From contig JACOWS010000001.1 of the NCBI GenBank assembly GCA_016176685.1, forward strand, positions 11,577-75,576: a DNA stretch of 64,000 bases, written 5' to 3'. Made by a program: the position numbers and the translations under genes. Shown here in pieces: positions 39,739 through 49,086 of this stretch. The notes under the pieces are model-generated. The model had not been told where the DNA came from and made no database searches. It saw only the letters and a list, made by a program, of their open reading frames with translations. Within the stretch, counting starts at the first letter, position 1. Each line of letters starts with the position of its first letter. Source of the DNA: Patescibacteria group bacterium. GTDB lineage: Bacteria; Patescibacteriota; Minisyncoccia; Phycocordibacterales; SBAW01.

Positions 39739-40320
39739 CTAGAGCCCTGTGGCGCCGAGCGACTCGTTTATGCTGCGCACCAAGGTGGCACGGGCTTTGA
39801 GCGCGCGCGCGGCAAGTTCCCTGCCAAACTCGTCGCTTACCACAAACGGAGACAGTTCCGGAGTATTCGGCAAGTATCCCAAATGCGACAGTATCCTTAA
39901 CACCAGCACGCACTCAAGCGCGTCTTCTTGCGATTGCGTTTGTGCTTGTACCAGCGCGGCAAGTCCGCGGAGCACGGTTTGGTAGAGCGCGGGCATGGGT
40001 TCTTCTCCGTTTATGAGCCGTAGCAAAAGTCGTGTTGCTCGCGCGGCGATGTGGCGGCGGGCGACGACCGGCGCAAGGTACGCACTGGACATCTGCTCCG
40101 CCCCCACCAGTTTCCACTCGTATTTGCCGCGTATGAGCGAAAATGTTCCACGAGATAGCGGCTCGAGCCCGTAGCGCAACTTCGACTTTTCGGCGCGCGC
40201 ACTGCGCGCAAGCGCACGCACTAATCCAAGCTCCTCTGTTAGGATAACCGCCAGCACGTTGGCCTCGCCCACCCCGCGTTTTTGTAGCACTATTCCGTCA
40301 GTGACAAAAAGAGTGTGCAT
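39739..40320 (-). CDS. recO: DNA repair protein RecO
   Basis: G.VL.....GEAN....ILT..LG.V.A.A...R...SKL; L..LGY.P. Confidence 0.88.
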   Translation of the reverse strand: MHTLFVTDGIVLQKRGVGEANVLAVILTEELGLVRALARSARAEKSKLRYGLEPLSRGTFSLIRGKYEWKLVGAEQMSSAYLAPVVARRHIAARATRLLLRLINGEEPMPALYQTVLRGLAALVQAQTQSQEDALECVLVLRILSHLGYLPNTPELSPFVVSDEFGRELAARALKARATLVRSINESLGATGL

Positions 40321-40326
40321 ACAAAA

Positions 40327-43300
40327 CTATGCGCTTTCACGCACGACAATAGTAAGCTCTGCAAGACCCGTCTCGTTCATGAGTGTCGCCTTGTGTACTT
40401 GGGCTACCGACTCTTCCTCAGTACTTACCATCAGCGTGTAAGCAGGCCGGTCGCCGATAGAAAGCTTTTTCTCTTTGCGCCATGATTGGATGCGCCGCGC
40501 CAGGTCGCGGAGCATTCCCTCTTCCTTAAGCGCCTGGCTAATGTTTGTGTCGAGGATAAACGAAGTTTCGCTAGGGCCTTTTCTCTGCTCGAACACTATT
40601 TCTTTCACATTGATTTCGTCGGCAAGAATATCCAAAAACTCTTGAGGGAGGGGCGGGCCATCATGCATAATGGAAAGTTTCGCGAGCGGTTGCCGTATTT
40701 TTATACCCGCATCTTCTCGCTGTTTAAGAGCAACCGTTGAAAAGCTGCGTATCAACGACATATCGGCTAGCACTTCCTGGTCGATAGGGAGCGCTTCCGG
40801 CCAGTTTGCAAGATGCACGCTTTCGCACTCGCCATCGACTCCGCGATATATACTTTCCGCAATAAATGGCATGAGGGGTGCCGTAAGTCGCGCAAAGGTG
40901 TCGAGAACCTCTTTTTGCACCGCGAGCGTGTACTGCGCATCTCTGTCATCTGGTGCCTGCCTTGCGCGCTCGCGCGAGCGTCGTACATACCACGTGGAGT
41001 AGTCGTCTATGCAAGCGCGCAGAGCGCGGCAGGCGTCCGGCATATTATACGCATCAAACGCGGCAGTAACTCTTTGCACCGTCTCTCCCACACGGGAACG
41101 TATCCAGCGGTCAAGTACGTGCACACTCTCCCCCGCCCTTGCGGTGCCGTCGTACTGCTCTTTATACAATTCAAAAAACTGGTACGAATTCCACAGCATG
41201 CCGACCACGCGATTGTGTACCTCGCGCACATCTTCGTCGCGGAACTGCAGGTCTTCCGAGCGCATAACCACGCTTCCCATAAGATAAAACCTATAGGCAT
41301 CGGCGCCAAACTGCCCCAGTAGCACGAGCGGGTCTGTGTAATTTCCCTTCGACTTAGAAAGTTTGGCCCCGTCTGCGGCTAACAGGTTGCCGGTTGAGAC
41401 AACCGCGTTAAATGACCGCTTGCCAAACAGCGCGACACTTGCCGCCAGCATGTAGTAAAACCAGGTGCGCGTTTGGCCGATGTACTCGGCTATAAAGTCC
41501 GCCGGGTATCCTTTGGGGAAAAGTCCAAACCAGCGCTCCGGGTCTACGGTTGAACGGTCTCTTGGGTATCCAACCGAAGAGGTGGGCATGGTCCCCGACT
41601 CTACCCAGCAGTCCACCACCTCTGGAATGCGTTCATACTGCCGCCCATTCCTATCCTCCAGCACCATCTCGTCTAGGTAGGGACGGTGCAGGTCAACTTC
41701 AAAGTCTTTGTCGTGCGGATACGGTATAAAAGAAAATGGATGCCACTGCCCAACCCGAAGCGGCGTGTCGTGGGTACGCTGTGTTACTTCTACAAGAGGA
41801 GTATGGGCGGCCATCTCGATCATCAGCCAGGCAGGGGTGCCATGCGTCACTATAAGTATGCGCTTGTTAGTGTAGCGGCGCTCTATTTCAAAAAGAAATT
41901 CTCCAACACGACGGCGCACGTGCAGATAATTTTCTCCATGCAACACCGTAGTGTTAAATTTGTCGGAAAGCGTGGCAAACAGCGCCTCCCACTCGGGTAT
42001 CGCCGCTCCGTCTTTTTCTCCAAACTGCACTTCGGTCAAACGCTCGTCTGTCATAACAGCCGACTCTGGCAATCCCAACTCCTTTCGCACTATATGCGCG
42101 GTTTCTTGCGCACGTGTCAGCGGGGAGGCAACTATCAGGTCGATTTTCTCTCGCAAAAGTGCGCGTGCCGCAGAGTGGACTCCCGCTCTGCCTTCCGCCG
42201 TTAGATGATTTTCTACGTCGTTGGAAGAGTTTACAAAGCCATCCGCATTGCTACGCGCCCCACCATGGCGCATAACAACATAGTGATTACCGGACTTCTT
42301 TGCTTTTGAGAGCAGTTCTTCAACCGAGCCTATGACCATCAGTTTGCTGCCCCCCCTCTCCTTCCAAATAGGCAAAGGTGAGGCCCAAAAACGGTTACGG
42401 GATATGGTCCAGTCAGGCGCTCCTTCAATAATATTTTTAAAACGCCCGTGTTTGAGATGCTCGGGCACCCAGTTGATTTTTTTGTTTTCCCTGAGCATCC
42501 GCCTCTTTATCTTTTGTATGTTGATAAACCACGAGGCGACCGCGTTGTAGATGAGCGCCGTCCCGCAACGCCAGCAGTGCGGGTAAGAGTGGGTGTGATG
42601 CTCTCTTTTAAACAGGAGGAGGCGGCGTTCTAAATCTTCTTTAATTGCCTTTTCCGATTTCTTTATATACTCGCCGCGCACCAATGCCGGTGCCGTGTCG
42701 TTGTAGGTGCCGTTCGGGTTGAGCAACTGCACCATGGGGAGCCCCTCCTTCTGCCCAAGAGCATAGTCGTCTTCGCCGTACATCACTGCGGTGTGCACAA
42801 TGCCGGTGCCCTCCTCGGTGTTTACAAAATCCGCCGCATACACTTTATATGACTTGTTTGAGTGTAGCGCCGGCACGTCAAACAGCGGCTCATACTCTGC
42901 CCCTACAAGTTGGCGACCAAGAAGCGAAGTTGCAGCTTCTTGAGCAAAAGTCTGGGGGCTACCCGAGGACTTTTGTGAGAGAAGCTGCAGTGTAGCGGCT
43001 CTATCTTTTGCCACCACTAAATACTCACCGTTTTGCTCGACGAGCACGTAGGGGATATCGGCACCCACCGCGAGCGCCACGTTGCCGGGCAGGGTCCACG
43101 GGGTGGTGGTCCAAGCAAGTAGATAGGTATGGTCGGGGAGATTATATTTTTTTGGATTCTTTACCTTTAGCTTTACCGTTACCGCCTCTTCGGTAACATC
43201 TTTGTAGGTATTGTCTGCGGCAATCTCGGCCTTGGCGAGCGGCGTTTCGCAATGCGGACAGTATAGTAATACCTTTCGTCCTTCATACAGAAGTTTTTTG

Positions 43301-43797
43301 TGGTGTAGTCTTTGCAGAGCCCACCAAACACTCTCGACGTAGGAGTTGTCCATTGTCTTGTAGGAGTTTTTGAAGTCAACCCAGCGGCCAACGCGGTCGA
43401 CATACTTTTCCCACTCGCGTTCGAACTCAAAGACAGAGTCGCGCGCCGCATCGTTAAAAGTGTCGACGCCTATTGCAAGAATATCTTTTTTGTTCTTGAG
43501 GCCGAGCTTTTTCTCGACCAAGTTTTCTATCGGCAGGCCATGGCAGTCCCATCCCCATCGCCGCGGCACGCGCCAACCGCGCATGGTTTTGTAACGCGGA
43601 ACAACATCTTTGATGATGGAGGAAAGCAGCGAGCCGTGGTGCGGGAGCCCCGTGGCAAACGGCGGCCCGTCGTAAAAGATAAAATCGCCTTTGGGCGCGG
43701 GCTTTTCAAGCGACTTTTCAAAAATCCGACTCTTTTGCCAGAAGGCCAAAACCTCCTCCTCGCGCTTGGCTGTTTCGCTTTTTTCTGTTTCGGACAT
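40327..43797 (-). CDS. ileS: isoleucine--tRNA ligase (type 2) with inserted histidine-phosphatase domain
   Basis: DGPPFATG.PH, GWDCHGLP, WTTTPWTLP, DW.ISR.R.W, KLSKS; RHG...SP..RA.ET...THG insert. Confidence 0.95.
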   Translation of the reverse strand: MSETEKSETAKREEEVLAFWQKSRIFEKSLEKPAPKGDFIFYDGPPFATGLPHHGSLLSSIIKDVVPRYKTMRGWRVPRRWGWDCHGLPIENLVEKKLGLKNKKDILAIGVDTFNDAARDSVFEFEREWEKYVDRVGRWVDFKNSYKTMDNSYVESVWWALQRLHHKKLLYEGRKVLLYCPHCETPLAKAEIAADNTYKDVTEEAVTVKLKVKNPKKYNLPDHTYLLAWTTTPWTLPGNVALAVGADIPYVLVEQNGEYLVVAKDRAATLQLLSQKSSGSPQTFAQEAATSLLGRQLVGAEYEPLFDVPALHSNKSYKVYAADFVNTEEGTGIVHTAVMYGEDDYALGQKEGLPMVQLLNPNGTYNDTAPALVRGEYIKKSEKAIKEDLERRLLLFKREHHTHSYPHCWRCGTALIYNAVASWFINIQKIKRRMLRENKKINWVPEHLKHGRFKNIIEGAPDWTISRNRFWASPLPIWKERGGSKLMVIGSVEELLSKAKKSGNHYVVMRHGGARSNADGFVNSSNDVENHLTAEGRAGVHSAARALLREKIDLIVASPLTRAQETAHIVRKELGLPESAVMTDERLTEVQFGEKDGAAIPEWEALFATLSDKFNTTVLHGENYLHVRRRVGEFLFEIERRYTNKRILIVTHGTPAWLMIEMAAHTPLVEVTQRTHDTPLRVGQWHPFSFIPYPHDKDFEVDLHRPYLDEMVLEDRNGRQYERIPEVVDCWVESGTMPTSSVGYPRDRSTVDPERWFGLFPKGYPADFIAEYIGQTRTWFYYMLAASVALFGKRSFNAVVSTGNLLAADGAKLSKSKGNYTDPLVLLGQFGADAYRFYLMGSVVMRSEDLQFRDEDVREVHNRVVGMLWNSYQFFELYKEQYDGTARAGESVHVLDRWIRSRVGETVQRVTAAFDAYNMPDACRALRACIDDYSTWYVRRSRERARQAPDDRDAQYTLAVQKEVLDTFARLTAPLMPFIAESIYRGVDGECESVHLANWPEALPIDQEVLADMSLIRSFSTVALKQREDAGIKIRQPLAKLSIMHDGPPLPQEFLDILADEINVKEIVFEQRKGPSETSFILDTNISQALKEEGMLRDLARRIQSWRKEKKLSIGDRPAYTLMVSTEEESVAQVHKATLMNETGLAELTIVVRESA

Positions 43798-43835
43798 ATT
43801 GAAAAACTATAACATCAGTAGTGTTTTTCCGCTCC

Positions 43836-45464
43836 TTACATTTCCTCGGGTGCCGGGATGCCGAGCACCCAAAGGCCCTTAGTGAGTGTTTGCTCCACCG
43901 CTCTAACCAAGTCAAGCGCGTGGTCGGCGACGGTACCATCCACAATAACGCGCTCGGCGGCGTACCAACTGTTAAACAAAGAGGCCAGCTCGGTAAGGTA
44001 GGTAACGACATAGTGCGGCTCCATCTCTTGCGCCGCGCGCGCCACTGCGGCGGGGAAATGTATTAGCAGACGCTCGAGTACATTCCGCTCTTGGAGCGGT
44101 AGAAGTCGGCGCTCCGGGCCGCTAGGCCAAGTCTTACCGACTTCTACCGCTCCAAGAGCTTCACTAGCACCAAGATTCTTTGCTTTGCGCAGGAGTGCGC
44201 GCGCCCGCACCAGCGCATACTGCACATACGGCCCCGAGTCGCCCGCAAGCGAAAGTGATCTTACCGGGTCAAAGATTATATCTTTACCGCTACTCGATTT
44301 AAGCACCGTGTACTTTATCGCTCCAACGGCGACGTCCTCACGCCCGCGCGCCGCTTTGGTCAAATCCTTAAGCAGAGACTCTCCCGTTATGACATTGCCC
44401 TTGCGAGAAGACATTTTTGAATCAGCAAATCGCATCATGCCGTGCGATATGTGCATAGTTTTAGCGGCGATACGTTTGAGCTCTGTAATATGCGCCGCGG
44501 CTGCAAGCACTACTTTAAAATACTCGCTTTGCTCGTTTGCCGTTATGCTTATGGAGGTATCAAGGTCAATGGCACTTTTGAGCTTCAATAACCCGAGCTC
44601 CTTGGCCTCGTATGTCGGCAATCCTTGTGAGGTCAAGAATACTCTGGTGTGCAATCCTTCTTCTTCTCCACGGAATACGCGCGCGCCATCGCTCTCCACA
44701 AACAGCTCTGGATTATCTGTAACAATCGCCGTACCGAGCGGTGTCGCCTCGCTTTCAAAAAAGTATGTATCAAACTTCGTACCAAGCATTTTGTACAGTG
44801 CTTCAAAATGCTCCAGTGAGGTTGTTCTGCCCTCGTCGTACAGCTTATTTATTTCTTCGTCGCTCTTTTCGTACACTTTTTTGTTTATCTCATCTATATC
44901 CTGTTTGTGCGTATCATACTGTTCGCTTCCGTACACATATGCCTCGCCCCAGTGGGCACTCGGTTTTTGCATCTTGCCCCACATTGCCTTCGCCACATGG
45001 AGCCCCACGTCGCCTTGGTAGTTGGCGCGCACCATTGCGGCGCCGGAGTACTCAAGCAACCGCGCAATGCTCTCGCCTATAGCATTGCTCATTAAGTGCC
45101 CTATGTGGAACTCTTTAAACGGATTGGGGTCGGTGTACTCGACCATTACTGTCTTACTTCCATATAGGGAAGTGCGTCCCCACAGAGGATCTGACGCGGC
45201 GCTTTTTACCTCCTTCTGTATTGCTTCGCGCGAGAGAAAGAAGTTTATAAACTTCCCCACCACCTCCACTTTTTCAACGCCATCTATGTTGAGCTTTGCC
45301 GCAAGATCATTCGCGTCCACCTTGGCCATGAGTGCGGCGTTGGTAGCGTAGTCGCCATGTCGCATGTCGCGCGGCCGCTCAACCACAAAAAATACATCCT
45401 CCGCCCCCAGTGTGGCCAGGGCCTCTCGCACCGCCTCCTCAATCTTCTCGCATACCATACGCAT
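43836..45464 (-). CDS. argS: arginine--tRNA ligase
   Basis: PNPFK.FHIGH, NYQGD.G, KMSSRKG, GDSGPY.QY, PEEM end. Confidence 0.96.
   Translation of the reverse strand: MRMVCEKIEEAVREALATLGAEDVFFVVERPRDMRHGDYATNAALMAKVDANDLAAKLNIDGVEKVEVVGKFINFFLSREAIQKEVKSAASDPLWGRTSLYGSKTVMVEYTDPNPFKEFHIGHLMSNAIGESIARLLEYSGAAMVRANYQGDVGLHVAKAMWGKMQKPSAHWGEAYVYGSEQYDTHKQDIDEINKKVYEKSDEEINKLYDEGRTTSLEHFEALYKMLGTKFDTYFFESEATPLGTAIVTDNPELFVESDGARVFRGEEEGLHTRVFLTSQGLPTYEAKELGLLKLKSAIDLDTSISITANEQSEYFKVVLAAAAHITELKRIAAKTMHISHGMMRFADSKMSSRKGNVITGESLLKDLTKAARGREDVAVGAIKYTVLKSSSGKDIIFDPVRSLSLAGDSGPYVQYALVRARALLRKAKNLGASEALGAVEVGKTWPSGPERRLLPLQERNVLERLLIHFPAAVARAAQEMEPHYVVTYLTELASLFNSWYAAERVIVDGTVADHALDLVRAVEQTLTKGLWVLGIPAPEEM
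44087..44159. repeat. 73-nt hairpin element inside argS
   Basis: Perfect 23-bp arms around the same 27-nt core as 31612-31684. Confidence 0.9.
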
Positions 45465-45489
45465 TACAGTAGCAGAAGAGTTAACCTAT

Positions 45490-45530
45490 AAAAAGTAGAA
45501 GGCCCCACCATTGTTGGACAAGGTGGGGCC
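45490..45530 (-). terminator. intrinsic terminator
   Basis: GGCCCCACC stem followed by TTCTACTTTTT on the minus strand. Confidence 0.7.
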
Positions 45531-45827
45531 GCGGATTTAAGGAGGAATCCGGAACCTCGGGGCCTGCTTGGGTTCAATGGGGCGGTTCAGCTTCTTGGTG
45601 AACCTTCACCCTACAAGCAAACCGGCCACCGCCGGGCAATCAGGTCCTGAAAGTGACCTGGCCGGCAGCGATCGACGTCGAATTGGCCTGGCCGGGCATG
45701 ACGAGGACATTGGATGCCGGCGACCTTGGCGATACGAACGAAAAAACGATTTTCAATACGCCGTTCACGGCGAACTCCCAAAGAGCTTGCGCATCGTACC
45801 CTCCTTTGGTTGGTTGATGCATAGAGC

Positions 45828-45856
45828 AATATATACCCCCGCTTTAAACTTGTCAA
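45828..45856 (-). promoter_or_regulatory. near-consensus sigma70 promoter
   Basis: TTGACA-17 nt-TATATT. Confidence 0.7.
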
Positions 45857-45888
45857 CCTGTTGTACAGCTCCAGAAAGTGACCTGATT

Positions 45889-47007
45889 TTAAAGCGTTTT
45901 TGTCGAAAGTGTAGGTGGCATTTGGCTTTGTGTTACCGTAAAGGAAATGCGGCCTATGAGCACGCCGCTTCGCGTTTCTACATTGCAGCGCCAGCGTCCG
46001 GGGGTGATTGATGATTTTAAGCTAAAACCGCGATAGCCGCCCGTCCGCCCGCCGGATATGGCAAAGGAGACGCGCGAACGCTCCTGCCACGCACTCGCCG
46101 CCTCGTTGTATTGCTCCCATACGTGGATTACGGGAGTCTTGAGCCCTGTCGGCGCAAAAATGGATGAAAAGCAGTAGGCAGTTGGATTGCTTTTAAGCAA
46201 GGCGGAGGAGTCGAGCGTAAAAGTGCCCGACGTATCGTGCCAAAAGGCAAACCAGGCCGGGTTTTCATACGTCGCGGTGTAGTCGCTACCGGAGCGACTT
46301 ATCGAGTGGTACACGCCTACCGCCTTGAGCGACAACGGTACCGGAGGGATGATATTAAAAAAGTAGAGTGTGTTGAAAAAGATAAAAATCCCTACAACCA
46401 CCGCAGACACTTCTATAAACTGTCGGTCACGGGCACGACCTCGCAGTACGGTAAAATATATTAAATAGAGAAACCCCGCTATCAGTATCAGACTAAACAC
46501 CCCGCTTGCAACAAACACCCACACCCCGATCGAGTGCAGGATAAATGTTGGTACCGCAATGATAAGGTAGGTTAAGAGGAGTATATAGTAGACACCGATG
46601 TTGAAGCGCAGCGTTTCGTAACGGCTACGCAAAAACTCGTTTCCCACCAGCATGGCGCCCAAGAGTGCGATAAAAAGCGCACTGCCTACCAAAGTGCCGC
46701 TTCTACCATAGAGTACAAAGAGGTTGCTTGCTAAGCCGCCAAAACAAAACTGTAGCACAACAAGAAGGAAGAGCGGCGACGCTACAGACTCTGTGCCCGC
46801 TTGCCGGCGCACACGCAGGTTAAGCGCGATGATACATCCGCCGGCGACAATGAGGTACAAAAGGAGCAGTAAGTTGTTTTGTACACTGTCGGGGCGGTCG
46901 GCTATAATGAGGTCAAACACAAAACCGACCAGGAGTGCAACTGCGGCAAGACGCCGCTCCCACCTATTCCACAGTGATAGCCCGTGCTCGTATAGCGTCT
47001 GAAACAT
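45889..47007 (-). CDS. DUF2914-like membrane protein
   Basis: Multi-TM N-terminus; IPPVPL, YCFS.IFAP, GGR.GGYRG.S.K, G.WRC.VET. Confidence 0.8.
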   Translation of the reverse strand: MFQTLYEHGLSLWNRWERRLAAVALLVGFVFDLIIADRPDSVQNNLLLLLYLIVAGGCIIALNLRVRRQAGTESVASPLFLLVVLQFCFGGLASNLFVLYGRSGTLVGSALFIALLGAMLVGNEFLRSRYETLRFNIGVYYILLLTYLIIAVPTFILHSIGVWVFVASGVFSLILIAGFLYLIYFTVLRGRARDRQFIEVSAVVVGIFIFFNTLYFFNIIPPVPLSLKAVGVYHSISRSGSDYTATYENPAWFAFWHDTSGTFTLDSSALLKSNPTAYCFSSIFAPTGLKTPVIHVWEQYNEAASAWQERSRVSFAISGGRTGGYRGFSLKSSITPGRWRCNVETRSGVLIGRISFTVTQSQMPPTLSTKTL

Positions 47008-47172
47008 GATTCTATTGTACTAAAAATATCGCAGTCCAGCGGCTCGGTAAACTACACGGCTATGTTAATCCAACGCCACGTGCGCCCATGGCGCGGTATA
47101 GTCAAAGTGGCAAACCTATAACTCAACCGTAAAATCCCAAGTAACAAATAATCATCCCATAGGATGTCTACG

Positions 47173-47745
47173 CTATACCAATCCGAATAGAATCCGAAGG
47201 GGTTTGTCAAACTCGACTCTGTCCGCAATAACATACAGCACTTCTTTCCCTATTTTGAAATCGGTCTTTAGAAGCGTTATGAGATCTTCGCAATCATACG
47301 GATACACCCACACGCTGTCTTGAAGCCGTACAAAACCGAGCGATACCAGAGCTGCGCGAATCCTTGTCCTTACCGCTCTGCGCCGCTCGGGAATATCAAA
47401 CACCAACATGCGCCATTTGCCATCCCAGCGTTTCGGCTTCTTGGGCGCAAGCTTCCCCTCGCCCAGTAGCGCTGCATACCGCTCCCCTTTTGGCGTAAGC
47501 CAAGCTCTCTTCTTGCCACCTTCCTCTACAAGCGCAATATACCCGGCGGTAACAAGACGCGAGAACGAGGATTTTAGTTGGTATCTCCGCTGTTTTAGAT
47601 ATTTCGTGCGGCCCAAGGTGCCGAGCAGGTTTGGGACAAGCACTGCCAGAGCAATCCCGCCAGACACCGCCGCAGCAGAGATAATAGCCGAGTTGATCTT
47701 GCTCTTTCTTATTTGTACTTTTACCGACTTCTCTAGCACTCCCAT
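47173..47745 (-). CDS. PaaX-like regulator (wHTH plus Cas2-like C-domain)
   Basis: LT.KG, WDGKWR.LVFDIPE, LGF..LQ.SVW..PY. Confidence 0.85.
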   Translation of the reverse strand: MGVLEKSVKVQIRKSKINSAIISAAAVSGGIALAVLVPNLLGTLGRTKYLKQRRYQLKSSFSRLVTAGYIALVEEGGKKRAWLTPKGERYAALLGEGKLAPKKPKRWDGKWRMLVFDIPERRRAVRTRIRAALVSLGFVRLQDSVWVYPYDCEDLITLLKTDFKIGKEVLYVIADRVEFDKPLRILFGLV

Positions 47746-47822
47746 AGGTATACTATAACACTCCTATAGGAAAATTGTAATGTACCTTCGAACTTTGAGC
47801 TACGTATTATATTGTCAAATTT

Positions 47823-49085
47823 CTATACGAACGAATCGGTAATTGGGTGGGCTTGGGCAAGTGCCTTAACCTCGCTGTTGATTGTGGTAAGTATGACCTT
47901 GTCGGCGCGGCCTTGGAGTGCCATGAGCATAAGCTCTGCCACGCGCGCGCTTTCTTTCTCTTTAAAACCGCGTGTGGTTATAGCCGGGGTGCCAAAACGG
48001 ATGCCGGAGGGGTCCATGGGGCTGCGCGTGTCGTTTGCAATGACATTTTTGTTGAGCGTAATGCCCGCGCGGTCCAAGACCTCCTCGGCCTCTTTCCCGG
48101 GGATGCCGAGCGAGCCAAACACGTCTGCAAGGATAAGGTGATTGCTGGTCCCGCCCGCTATCATCCGCACCTTGCCCGCACGGAACACTGCCTCCATCGC
48201 TTTGGCGTTTTTAAGAATCTGGGCGGTATACGTTTTGAAGTTTGGATGGAGTGCCTCGCCAAAGGCAACCGCCTTCGCCGCAATGACGTGCATCAAGGGT
48301 CCGCCTTGGAGCCCAGGAAACACCGCTTTATCTACCTTTTTTGCAATCTCTTCGCTCTCGCGAATGAGGATTAGCCCGCCGCGCGGCCCTCGCAGTGTTT
48401 TGTGTGTGGTTGAGGTCATCACGTCAAAGCCAAAGTCAAAGGGGTTTTTGGCCGCACCCCCGGCAATGAGCCCTGCGATGTGGGCGATATCTATCACGCT
48501 GTAGGCGCCGACCTCGCGGGCAATGTCGACAAACTTCTGGTAGTCGAGCTCGCGGCTATAGGCGGAGAAACCAGCGAGCACAATTTTTGGCTTGTGCTTT
48601 TTGGCGGTGGCACGCATCTCGTCGTAGTCTATTTCTCCTGTCTCAACATTTTTCATCTGATAGCGCACAAAATTGAAGAACTTGGTGATGTAGGTAACCG
48701 GGTGGCCGTGGGTCAGGTGCCCGCCGTGGGAAAGGTCCATGCCAAGCAGGGTGTCGCCGGGGTTAAGAAGCGCAAAGTACATCGCGATGTTGGCATTGGC
48801 CCCGGAGTGCGGTTGTACGTTGGCAAAGCGCGCGCCAAACAGTTTTTTAGCGCGCTCGATGGCGGCAACCTCGGCCATGTCGGTAAACGGCTGCCCGCCA
48901 TAGTAGCGCTTGCCCGGGTATCCTTCCGAGTACTTGTTGGTCAAAATAGAGCCCTGCGCCTCGCGCACTGCCTTACTCACGTAGTTTTCCGAAGGAATTA
49001 GTTCCAACCCGTCGCGCTCGCGCTCCTCCTCACCCCACAGCGCCGTGTACACCTCCTTGTCTTGTTTTTTTATAAAGTCGTACAT
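47823..49085 (-). CDS. glyA: serine hydroxymethyltransferase
   Basis: ELIPSENY, EGYPGKRYYGG, TTHKTLRGPRGG. Confidence 0.98.
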   Translation of the reverse strand: MYDFIKKQDKEVYTALWGEEERERDGLELIPSENYVSKAVREAQGSILTNKYSEGYPGKRYYGGQPFTDMAEVAAIERAKKLFGARFANVQPHSGANANIAMYFALLNPGDTLLGMDLSHGGHLTHGHPVTYITKFFNFVRYQMKNVETGEIDYDEMRATAKKHKPKIVLAGFSAYSRELDYQKFVDIAREVGAYSVIDIAHIAGLIAGGAAKNPFDFGFDVMTSTTHKTLRGPRGGLILIRESEEIAKKVDKAVFPGLQGGPLMHVIAAKAVAFGEALHPNFKTYTAQILKNAKAMEAVFRAGKVRMIAGGTSNHLILADVFGSLGIPGKEAEEVLDRAGITLNKNVIANDTRSPMDPSGIRFGTPAITTRGFKEKESARVAELMLMALQGRADKVILTTINSEVKALAQAHPITDSFV

Positions 49086-49086
49086 A

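Noticed and set aside
45524-45794. UGA read-through (genetic code 25) extending the MRKLF ORF
   Set aside because: recA, the sulfatase, the ECF sigma and other genes end in TGA, and long genes are open in code 11.
47173-47745. Cas2-like domain suggesting CRISPR-Cas
   Set aside because: It is the C-terminal part of a PaaX-like protein; I saw no repeat-spacer array or other cas gene in the window.
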